Shown here one piece after another: positions 1 through 6,519 of a stretch of DNA of 38,385 nucleotides. Positions within the stretch are counted from its first letter, which is position 1. Each line of letters opens with the position of its first letter. The notes below the pieces were generated by a model, which had not been told where the DNA came from, searched no databases, and worked only from the letters and a program-made list of their open reading frames with translations. This stretch comes from a virus (taxonomy: Duplodnaviria; Caudoviricetes), in the IMG/VR virus record IMGVR_UViG_3300025018_000059, positions 1 to 38,385 of that record; one strand, given 5' to 3'. The translations under genes were made by a program, and so were the position numbers.

Positions 1-127
1 GGAAACGGGTTGCAGTAGATGAAGATGGAAGAGTGCATGCTTTCACAAATAAGGCGTGTATAAAGGATATTATGAATGAGTGGTATTGCATGGGTCAATC
101 TATGACAATTGGTCAACTTCCATCCTA
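1..127. repeat. 127-bp terminal direct repeat, identical to 38259..38385 (assembly overlap of a circular contig)
   Basis: GGAAACGGGTTGCAG...CTTCCATCCTA occurs at both ends; 127 is a common assembler k-mer length; an ORF reads in frame across the junction. Confidence 0.95.
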
Positions 128-203
128 TATGCTCATAGACGGCAAGTATCCTGAATGGAAAAACTCACTGCGAAAAGCACGACATTATAAAGGGGAGGAA
201 TGA
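1..203 (+). CDS. C-terminal part of a hypothetical protein that starts at 38021 and spans the circular junction
   Basis: Frame from ATG 38021 continues ...WKRVAVDEDGRVHAFTNK...WKNSLRKARHYKGEE* to TGA 201-203. Confidence 0.85.
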   Translation, partial: KRVAVDEDGRVHAFTNKACIKDIMNEWYCMGQSMTIGQLPSYMLIDGKYPEWKNSLRKARHYKGEE

Positions 204-204
204 G

Positions 205-477
205 ATGATATGGCAAACAGTTAAAGAGTGGGAAAAAATTAATCAAAAAGATTATCCTGAATGGGCTTGTGTGTGGCATTATGATGCTTACGGAGAATGT
301 TGGGAATCCATTTATTGGTGTGAAATAAAAGATTATTATGAGCAGGAGAGAAAACAAAAAAAGGGTAATGCATTATGGGATTATCCATCTGAACCTATGG
401 TATGCGATCCTACTTTATCAGCCCCTAAATGGGGCGATGGTATGTCTTTAAAGAGAAAGGAGGAATTAGATGGATAA
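205..477 (+). CDS. hypothetical phage protein
   Basis: 90-aa ORF with GGAGG RBS, tightly coupled to neighbours. Confidence 0.75.
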   Translation: MIWQTVKEWEKINQKDYPEWACVWHYDAYGECWESIYWCEIKDYYEQERKQKKGNALWDYPSEPMVCDPTLSAPKWGDGMSLKRKEELDG

Positions 478-637
478 AAAATACTGTAAATGGACAGAGA
501 AATCTAATATAGATACACGTATTAGAAGATTTCAAACAGGCTGTAAATATACACATCATTTCATAGGGATGCTGCATAATGTAATATGCCCTTATTGTAG
601 CAAAGAAATAAAATTAATTAAGGGAGAAATGAGATGA
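470..637 (+). CDS. small putative Zn-ribbon protein (55 aa, not in ORF track)
   Basis: AGGAGG RBS; MDKKYCKW...QTGCK...ICPYCSKEIK; ATGA overlap with the next gene. Confidence 0.7.
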   Translation: MDKKYCKWTEKSNIDTRIRRFQTGCKYTHHFIGMLHNVICPYCSKEIKLIKGEMR

Positions 638-954
638 TAAGATATGAAATGACACATAGATTAGGAGAAGCCCCTGTACCTATTGAATCAGAGAATGGTG
701 AATGGGTGCAGTATGAAGATGTAAAAAATAATTTGATTACCTGGCATCCTGTGAGTGAGGGACTACCGGAAAGAGAAGGTGTGTTTATTGTAACATTAAA
801 GAATCAGTGTACAGATACTGAATTATGTGTTACAACTTTAAGATGTGATAAAAGGGGTTTTTGGGGTTATGGAACAGAATATTATGAGCAGATAGATTAT
901 ACACCGATAGTCACAGCATGGGCTGAAATGCCTAAACCCTGGGAGGGACAATGA
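634..954 (+). CDS. DUF551-like phage protein
   Basis: WHPVSEGLPE...VTAWAEMPKPW pattern typical of DUF551. Confidence 0.7.
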   Translation: MIRYEMTHRLGEAPVPIESENGEWVQYEDVKNNLITWHPVSEGLPEREGVFIVTLKNQCTDTELCVTTLRCDKRGFWGYGTEYYEQIDYTPIVTAWAEMPKPWEGQ

Positions 955-1094
955 AACTAATATGGGTAAAAACAGAATTCAAACTAATCGACGGCAAGTT
1001 TATCAGGTACTTTAAAACCCGCCAAGAGGCACGTGATTATATGGAGCTGTACAGTCAGCAAAAAAAGGAGGCTGTAAAATGTCCACTAATTTGA
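951..1094 (+). CDS. small hypothetical protein (47 aa)
   Basis: GGAGG RBS, ATGA overlap; MKLIWVKTEFKLIDGKFIRYFKTRQEA... Confidence 0.55.
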   Translation: MKLIWVKTEFKLIDGKFIRYFKTRQEARDYMELYSQQKKEAVKCPLI

Positions 1095-1252
1095 GGCACT
1101 TTATAATTACACTCATTGCAATGACAGTATTCTGTGTAGCGCACTCACTTGTGCTCAATCCTAAAGTGTCAATACAAAATGCGGGTGTTATCCTGGCTAT
1201 AGTGTCCAGTGTGGGGATAGTACTGTATGCTATGGCATTTATTTTAGTTTAA
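1079..1252 (+). CDS. small two-TM membrane protein (57 aa)
   Basis: AGGAGG RBS; MSTNLRHFIITLIAMTVFCVA...VILAIVSSVGIVLYAMAFILV. Confidence 0.6.
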   Translation: MSTNLRHFIITLIAMTVFCVAHSLVLNPKVSIQNAGVILAIVSSVGIVLYAMAFILV

Positions 1253-1255
1253 CTA

Positions 1256-1284
1256 TTGACAGGTAAAGGAATATATGATACAAT
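1256..1284 (+). promoter_or_regulatory. sigma70-type promoter driving leader RNA copy A
   Basis: TTGACA-17 nt-TACAAT with extended -10 TG. Confidence 0.8.
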
Positions 1285-1290
1285 AAGTGA

Positions 1291-1393
1291 ACATGTGCAG
1301 CCTGATCACTGCATTGTGTAGAAAAATGACCTGTTTTAGTTTACTCCTGATCAGCACCTAGACGGTGGGGGTAAATGATGACAGGTCTTTTTA
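1291..1393 (+). ncRNA. structured leader RNA, copy A (loop-pairing attenuator-like motif)
   Basis: Hairpin TGCAG-CCTGATCA-CTGCA; long hairpin GACCTGT...ACAGGTC+TTTTT containing TGATCAG (1348-1354) and sub-hairpin CACC/GGTG; same architecture at three other loci. Confidence 0.8.
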
Positions 1394-1417
1394 TTGCAGT
1401 AATGCGAGGGGAAAATA

Positions 1418-1639
1418 ATGTCTGATAAAACAAGAATGTACGAGGGATATATTCACAGTAATGGTCAATTACAAATGAAATGTATAGATTTCACTGGTCC
1501 AAATGTAGATAGAAGTAGCCCGTATGTAAAAAAATATTTAGGGATAATCGAAAGTGAAACGTGGAATGATGCAGAAAAATATTTTATGCAAAAGAACAAA
1601 GAGGGGAAAAATGAATATTACTGCAATGATATTAATTAG
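1418..1639 (+). CDS. hypothetical protein downstream of leader copy A
   Basis: 73-aa ORF, GAGGGG RBS. Confidence 0.7.
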   Translation: MSDKTRMYEGYIHSNGQLQMKCIDFTGPNVDRSSPYVKKYLGIIESETWNDAEKYFMQKNKEGKNEYYCNDIN

Positions 1640-1700
1640 CAAAATGGTTATACCATTATTTTTAATTATCATTATTGTAGTATTAATTATAAATAGTTAA
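1611..1700 (+). CDS. 29-aa single-TM peptide
   Basis: GAGGGG RBS; MNITAMILISKMVIPLFLIIIIVVLIINS. Confidence 0.4.
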   Translation: MNITAMILISKMVIPLFLIIIIVVLIINS

Positions 1701-1834
1701 GTCCGGGTGGCTGAATAGGTAAAGCATAGCTGGCGCGACACGGGATATAAATGCTTGATGGATGTGTTCAAGTATCCGCCCCCACAGTTATGATTTCACA
1801 AATCAATGCAGGGCGCAAATCCCTGCCCCGGACA
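1701..1834 (+). ncRNA. tRNA-like RNA with a long structured insert in place of the anticodon arm
   Basis: Acceptor GTCCGGG/CCCGGAC+A; D-arm-like TGGCTGAATAGGTAAAGC; T-arm-like GCAGGG-CGCAAAT-CCCTGC; no canonical anticodon loop. Confidence 0.7.
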
Positions 1835-1860
1835 ATTGATGAGCCTAAAAGCAGTCGCTT

Positions 1861-1971
1861 AGTGGTGAAGTAATAGGGCAATAGCACTTTGAACGGCTAA
1901 CGCACGCAGTGCAAAAAGTACTGAAACCACTTACCGAGCCGTCGGGGAATCAGGCGGCACCCCTTCGGGGG
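1861..1971 (+). ncRNA. GC-rich structured RNA of unknown class
   Basis: Nested stems AGTGGT/ACCACT, AGTA/TACT, GCACT/AGTGC; GCCGTC/GGCGGC; CCCC-TTCG-GGGG tetraloop. Confidence 0.5.
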
Positions 1972-1984
1972 AAGGAGTAGACAG

Positions 1985-2209
1985 ATGATTAAAGTTACAG
2001 AAAAGAATGAGAGAGCAAAAAGCGAAATTACTTACCCATGTTTAGGGACATATCCAGGCGTACAATCAATTATATTATTTACAGAAGAAAAAAGTGGAAC
2101 AGCTATAACAGCTTATATGCAATATAATATAGGGTATCATTCCAACAATTGGAATCCAGCATGGGAATTATATACAGGTGAAATTACATTATCAAACGAG
2201 GAGGCATAA
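1985..2209 (+). CDS. hypothetical phage protein
   Basis: 74-aa ORF, AAGGAG RBS. Confidence 0.75.
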   Translation: MIKVTEKNERAKSEITYPCLGTYPGVQSIILFTEEKSGTAITAYMQYNIGYHSNNWNPAWELYTGEITLSNEEA

Positions 2210-2210
2210 G

Positions 2211-2391
2211 ATGGATATTAACAACGTTACATTAATCGGGAGACTCACAAAAGACCCCGATACGAGGTACAGCGCAGACGGCAAGGCAATAGCTAAAATA
2301 GGCGTAGCAGTAAATGGCTACAAAAAAGAAGATGTGAACTTTATCACTTGTACAGCATTCGGCCTTTGATGAAGCTGGAATACCGTTTTAA
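2211..2391 (+). pseudogene. ssb: single-stranded DNA-binding protein, internally deleted and frameshifted
   Basis: MDINNVTLIGRLTKDPDTRY...FITCTAFG is the SSB OB-fold N-half, stopping at 2369; acidic tail FDEAGIPF* follows in the +1 frame (to 2391). Confidence 0.85.
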
Positions 2392-2406
2392 TCAGGAGGC
2401 AATAGA

Positions 2407-2700
2407 ATGAATCAAAAGGAATTGTTGCATAAATTAAACACATTTGTGATTGAACATCCTGAGTATGAAATACACTTCTTAGTAAATTCTGATGAATTAA
2501 GTGACTACACTTGGACAGCTCATCAAATGCAAAAAGTAGAATTAGGGTATTGGTATGTCCATGATGAAACTGTATTTACAAACCCTGATGATTACATAGA
2601 AGTTTTAATGGATGAGTGTGAAGATATCACAGAAGATGAAGGCGAGATAATGGCTTATGATAAAATGGATAAGTGTATTTTGGTATACACTGGAGCATAG
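2407..2700 (+). CDS. acidic hypothetical protein
   Basis: 97-aa ORF, AGGAGG RBS. Confidence 0.75.
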   Translation: MNQKELLHKLNTFVIEHPEYEIHFLVNSDELSDYTWTAHQMQKVELGYWYVHDETVFTNPDDYIEVLMDECEDITEDEGEIMAYDKMDKCILVYTGA

Positions 2701-2711
2701 GAGGCATTTGA

Positions 2712-2858
2712 ATGATTATGACAGAACAAGAAATATCAGAAAGAAACGAAGAGTTAAAAATTAAATCCAATAAAATAGAAAAAGACCAGATTATAGAAAT
2801 TAAAACAACTGGTAGAATTAGAGGGAAGTTAAGCGGTATTAAGGAGAGACTAAAATGA
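2712..2858 (+). CDS. small hypothetical protein (48 aa)
   Basis: AGGAGG RBS; MIMTEQEISERNEELK...; ATGA overlap with the next gene. Confidence 0.5.
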   Translation: MIMTEQEISERNEELKIKSNKIEKDQIIEIKTTGRIRGKLSGIKERLK

Positions 2859-3265
2859 CAAAACAAGAGGCACTGGAAAGAATCGAAGAGCTAAAAAGGT
2901 TTATTGAGCAGGATGACACTAAAGGAAAGTTGTGTATTGGTCAATGGGTTATGCAGTTTGATAATAGGGAAATTGCGTATAAAATCATGGATGACAAAGA
3001 GGTGGAACAATATAATAATAACAAACTTGTAACCCTCAAAGATTTTATCTGGAATCTTGCTCCCGATGATGCTGCGGGTTATGCGGTGGATAATGATGGA
3101 GGACTTTATTTTTATACAGAAAAACCAGAAGAAGAAGGTGGATTTTATGCCGGTATACACGCATGTAACAATAACGATGATATATATAAAATATACACAC
3201 CCGAAACAATAGAAATGGCTAAAGACTGGCAGAATTCCTGGACTCCACGACCGGACGGTGAATAA
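2855..3265 (+). CDS. hypothetical phage protein, apparent paralog of the junction-spanning ORF
   Basis: Shared pattern W...AVD.DG...F...K...W.NS. Confidence 0.75.
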   Translation: MTKQEALERIEELKRFIEQDDTKGKLCIGQWVMQFDNREIAYKIMDDKEVEQYNNNKLVTLKDFIWNLAPDDAAGYAVDNDGGLYFYTEKPEEEGGFYAGIHACNNNDDIYKIYTPETIEMAKDWQNSWTPRPDGE

Positions 3266-3522
3266 TGGCAGCTTATAACTGGGAGATAGTATCAAATAAG
3301 CTGATTGATGCTGACACTGAGAACAAGATATTGAGCATGACACGATATAGTCAGGCAGTCGAGAAAGAGAACAAGCTGAATACAAAGCAGATTGCAGAAT
3401 TATTTAACATCGACATGGAAGTTATAGTGATACTTGACAGAGCCTGGCAGAATGCAACAACAAGCTTGTTCACTGATAAGCAGCTAAAGGAATATGTAAA
3501 AAGTTTAGGAGTGACACAATGA
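3265..3522 (+). CDS. hypothetical protein
   Basis: 85-aa ORF, TAATG coupling. Confidence 0.7.
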   Translation: MAAYNWEIVSNKLIDADTENKILSMTRYSQAVEKENKLNTKQIAELFNIDMEVIVILDRAWQNATTSLFTDKQLKEYVKSLGVTQ

Positions 3523-3749
3523 TTGGAAAAATAAATAAATATGGTTATTTAGAGCTAAAGCGTGGTAAAGAGTGGGAAGATCAATTATGTCCATACACAG
3601 AAGATGCACATTGCGGGGACCATTGCCCACTATTAAATGAGCCGAAAAATAAAATCATGAGTTTTTCAGACAGTCATCAAAGGGAATACACTGAGCTTAA
3701 AATTTGTAATGGACAGCAATTTAATATGGAATTGAAAATAATAGAATAA
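3519..3749 (+). CDS. Cys-rich hypothetical protein
   Basis: LCPY...HCGDHCPL motif; ATGA overlap. Confidence 0.7.
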   Translation: MIGKINKYGYLELKRGKEWEDQLCPYTEDAHCGDHCPLLNEPKNKIMSFSDSHQREYTELKICNGQQFNMELKIIE

Positions 3750-3765
3750 ATTAGGAGGTGATAGA

Positions 3766-4140
3766 ATGATAGGATTAATAATAATAGGGGTTTTGTTGGT
3801 ATTGAGTGTAGTGTTAATTGTAATACACCGGAACACTAAATATGATGTGGAAGATATAGGCACAGTGATTATGATTATATTTGCTGTAATATTAGTCGCT
3901 TGGAGTTTAGTATTTGCAATTGAAAGAATAGAATCTACAGAATTATGTAGACAATATCCAGCTAAAAAAGCAATGTTTGAAAATATCGACAGGTCAAAAA
4001 ATGATGCAACGGCAATGCAGATAAAACTTATTGAGTACAATGAGAAAATTATAAGTGCACAATCTTATAGACAACATTGGAGTTATGGTATATACTATAA
4101 TCCTAAAGTGATGGAATTGAAAATCATAAATCACAAATAA
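3766..4140 (+). CDS. membrane protein with two N-terminal TM helices
   Basis: AGGAGGT RBS; two hydrophobic segments. Confidence 0.75.
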   Translation: MIGLIIIGVLLVLSVVLIVIHRNTKYDVEDIGTVIMIIFAVILVAWSLVFAIERIESTELCRQYPAKKAMFENIDRSKNDATAMQIKLIEYNEKIISAQSYRQHWSYGIYYNPKVMELKIINHK

Positions 4141-4273
4141 TTATGTTTTAGTGTATTGGGATGACCAAAGTACAAAGGTAAATACAAGAGGCTTACCACG
4201 AGATCAAATGGGAGCAATTGAAATAGCAAAACATGGCATACTGAATAAATAAAAAATGAGAGGTGATTAAATC

Positions 4274-4522
4274 ATGAAGATAACACTTGATTTTAAAAAT
4301 GTGGTTGGTGAAGATGTGGATATAGACATAGATAATGACAGAGATGCTATGTTACTTTCAGTCTACAAAAATAAAGTTATAAAGCACTTTACCCACGGAG
4401 ATAGTATGTTATTTATGGGCATGGCAACTGATTTTTTAAATAACCACGAATTAATTCAGAAAATAATAAAGACATATTACATTAGATTGCTTGAATCGTC
4501 GCCACGATTAGATCAGGAATAA
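4274..4522 (+). CDS. hypothetical protein
   Basis: 82-aa ORF, GAGGTG RBS. Confidence 0.7.
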   Translation: MKITLDFKNVVGEDVDIDIDNDRDAMLLSVYKNKVIKHFTHGDSMLFMGMATDFLNNHELIQKIIKTYYIRLLESSPRLDQE

Positions 4523-4550
4523 AATTTCCATTTAGATGCCTCCAATCATC

Positions 4551-4590
4551 GCAGAGAGTCAGGGAATAAAATCCCTGGCTTTTCTGTTTA
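4551..4590 (+). terminator. intrinsic terminator ending the accessory operon
   Basis: AGAGAGTCAGGGA-ATAAAA-TCCCTGGCTTTTCT hairpin with T tract. Confidence 0.65.
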
Positions 4591-4621
4591 TAAAGTGTGT
4601 AAAAAATAAACAAAATAATAC

Positions 4622-4650
4622 TTGACAAAACTGTGTAAATAGTATACACT
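4622..4650 (+). promoter_or_regulatory. promoter upstream of the packaging/structural operon
   Basis: A-rich UP element then TTGACA-17 nt-TACACT. Confidence 0.6.
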
Positions 4651-4771
4651 ACCTTATGAATGTGTATAAGAAATATACAAGCGGAAGGCAGGGAACAGAT
4701 GCACGGAAACTTGAGGAAGTAAGCCAGAGTACTATCATAGCGCTCTGGCTTATTGCATTTAGGGGGATAGT

Positions 4772-5242
4772 GTGAGTAAGACAGTAGACAGTGAACACAG
4801 GACAAAGCATTATAAGGACATGATAGAACCTAAACTTAAAGATATTGAAAAATGGTGTGATGAAGGTGCTATAGATGTGGAAATAGCAAAGAGGTTAGGA
4901 ATATCGGTAAAAACACTTTATGAGTATAAAAAATATAGTGAGTTTTTACAGGCGATAAAAAAGGGAAAAGAAAACGCAGATTACAAAGTTGAGAACTCAC
5001 TATATAAAAGAGCAATGGGTTATAGGGTACTAGAGAAAACTATAATCAGAAATGCAGATGGTGAGATAATCAAAGAACAAATACAAGAAAAGCACATCGC
5101 ACCTGACACCACAGCACAGATATTCTGGCTTAAAAACAGAATGAGAGAGAATTGGAATGATAAACAACAAATAGACCTGAACGTAATAAACGTAAACATA
5201 CCAGGGATTACAGACAAAGAGCCTGACAATCCCGATAACTAG
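4772..5242 (+). CDS. terS: terminase small subunit (HTH-type)
   Basis: EIAKRLGISVKTLYEYK HTH; VENSLYKRAMG and PDTTAQIFWLKNR motifs; directly upstream of the large subunit; GTG start. Confidence 0.85.
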   Translation: MSKTVDSEHRTKHYKDMIEPKLKDIEKWCDEGAIDVEIAKRLGISVKTLYEYKKYSEFLQAIKKGKENADYKVENSLYKRAMGYRVLEKTIIRNADGEIIKEQIQEKHIAPDTTAQIFWLKNRMRENWNDKQQIDLNVINVNIPGITDKEPDNPDN

Positions 5243-5253
5243 GTAATAGGACA

Positions 5254-6510
5254 ATGGGTACAATCACAGTTAATTTTCCTGAGTTGACCACAATCATGAA
5301 TGACTGTTATATCCCGCTCATAGACTCTAAAGATGAAAACCTTATCTTCTATGGCGGTTATGGATCTGGCAAGTCGTACTTCATTGCTCAAAGATGGGTG
5401 ATGAATTATCTCCGTTTCCCTGGTCGTAATCTATTAGCAGTAAGAAAAGCTGCTACACATGCAAGGCGGTCAATCTACAATCTATTCAAGCAAATCATAT
5501 CAGAATGGGATTTATACAGACACTTTGATTTTCGTGAGCAAGAGATGACAGTCATATTTCCCAATGGGAACAGGATAGTAGTAGCAGGAGTCGACGACCC
5601 TGAGAACTTGAAATCTATCACACTTCCTAGCGGCGACTTCACGGACGGCTGGGCTGAAGAGGTCACAGAGTTAACATTTGACGAATACACAAAGTTTTCT
5701 CTCAGGGTAAGAGGTAAGAACACGCCTGGCGTTTGGTATCAAAAGATAATGAGCTTTAACCCTATATCAATTAGCCACTGGATTAAAAGAGAGTTTTTCG
5801 ACAATCCCTCTGAGCATGTCGCAGGTAACACAATAGCTATTCATACAACTTATCAAGATAACAAATTTTTGAATGATGATTATAGACGGACTCTTGAGGA
5901 CTTAAAGAACACTAATCCTGATTTATACATGATCGCTTGTATCGGAGAGTGGGGTACAACTGGTAAACAAATATATGAGAATGTAGATTTTGTTGACTCA
6001 ATACCAGAAGGACCTAAAAAAGTATACTACGGTATAGATTGGGGATATTCAATCGACCCTGCCTGTATTGTGCGGGTTACTGAGATGGGAGACGATTTCT
6101 ATTTAGAGTGTATGATATACGAGGAAGGACTTACCAACGATGATTTAGTCAAAATGGGGCTTGCTCTTGGCATTGACCCTTATGCTGAAATATACGCAGA
6201 CTCAGCAGAACCGAAAAGCATAGAGGAAGCTGCAAGAGCTGGATTTAAGGGAATCAGGGAATGTAGAAAAGGACCTGGAAGCGTAAAGACTGGGATTGAC
6301 CTATTGAAGAGTTTGAGATTGCACATTGTAAAAGTATTTGAATGGCAATCTGCAAAAAGAGAAAAAGAGATGTATCAATGGAAAAAGGATAGAAACGGGG
6401 AATATATGCCGGTACCGATTGACATGTTTAATCACTTCTGGGATGGCGCTAGGTACCCGATATTCACACGGAGACAGGGAACAGGCAGTTTAAAGATGCT
6501 GAAATTTTAA
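5254..6510 (+). CDS. terL: terminase large subunit, PBSX family
   Basis: Walker A GGYGSGKS, Walker B WAEE, SFNP motif, nuclease GIDWGYSIDP, ADSAEPKSI, NHFWDGARY. Confidence 0.95.
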   Translation: MGTITVNFPELTTIMNDCYIPLIDSKDENLIFYGGYGSGKSYFIAQRWVMNYLRFPGRNLLAVRKAATHARRSIYNLFKQIISEWDLYRHFDFREQEMTVIFPNGNRIVVAGVDDPENLKSITLPSGDFTDGWAEEVTELTFDEYTKFSLRVRGKNTPGVWYQKIMSFNPISISHWIKREFFDNPSEHVAGNTIAIHTTYQDNKFLNDDYRRTLEDLKNTNPDLYMIACIGEWGTTGKQIYENVDFVDSIPEGPKKVYYGIDWGYSIDPACIVRVTEMGDDFYLECMIYEEGLTNDDLVKMGLALGIDPYAEIYADSAEPKSIEEAARAGFKGIRECRKGPGSVKTGIDLLKSLRLHIVKVFEWQSAKREKEMYQWKKDRNGEYMPVPIDMFNHFWDGARYPIFTRRQGTGSLKMLKF

Positions 6511-6519
6511 GGGGATAAT

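Noticed and set aside
1-127. Biological terminal repeat
   Set aside because: Exactly 127 bp, falls mid-ORF, and the terminase/portal type suggests headful packaging; best explained as assembler overlap
1701-1834. Canonical tRNA gene
   Set aside because: No 7-nt anticodon loop, non-canonical T-loop, 134 nt long
1835-1930. Hammerhead or theta/HDV-like ribozyme after the tRNA-like element (TTGATGAG...GAAA)
   Set aside because: Core lacks the C of CUGAUGA, and I could not build the required stems or the HDV nested pseudoknot
2178-2210. ORF-track N-terminal extension of ssb
   Set aside because: Overlaps the previous gene; RBS and homology indicate a start at 2211
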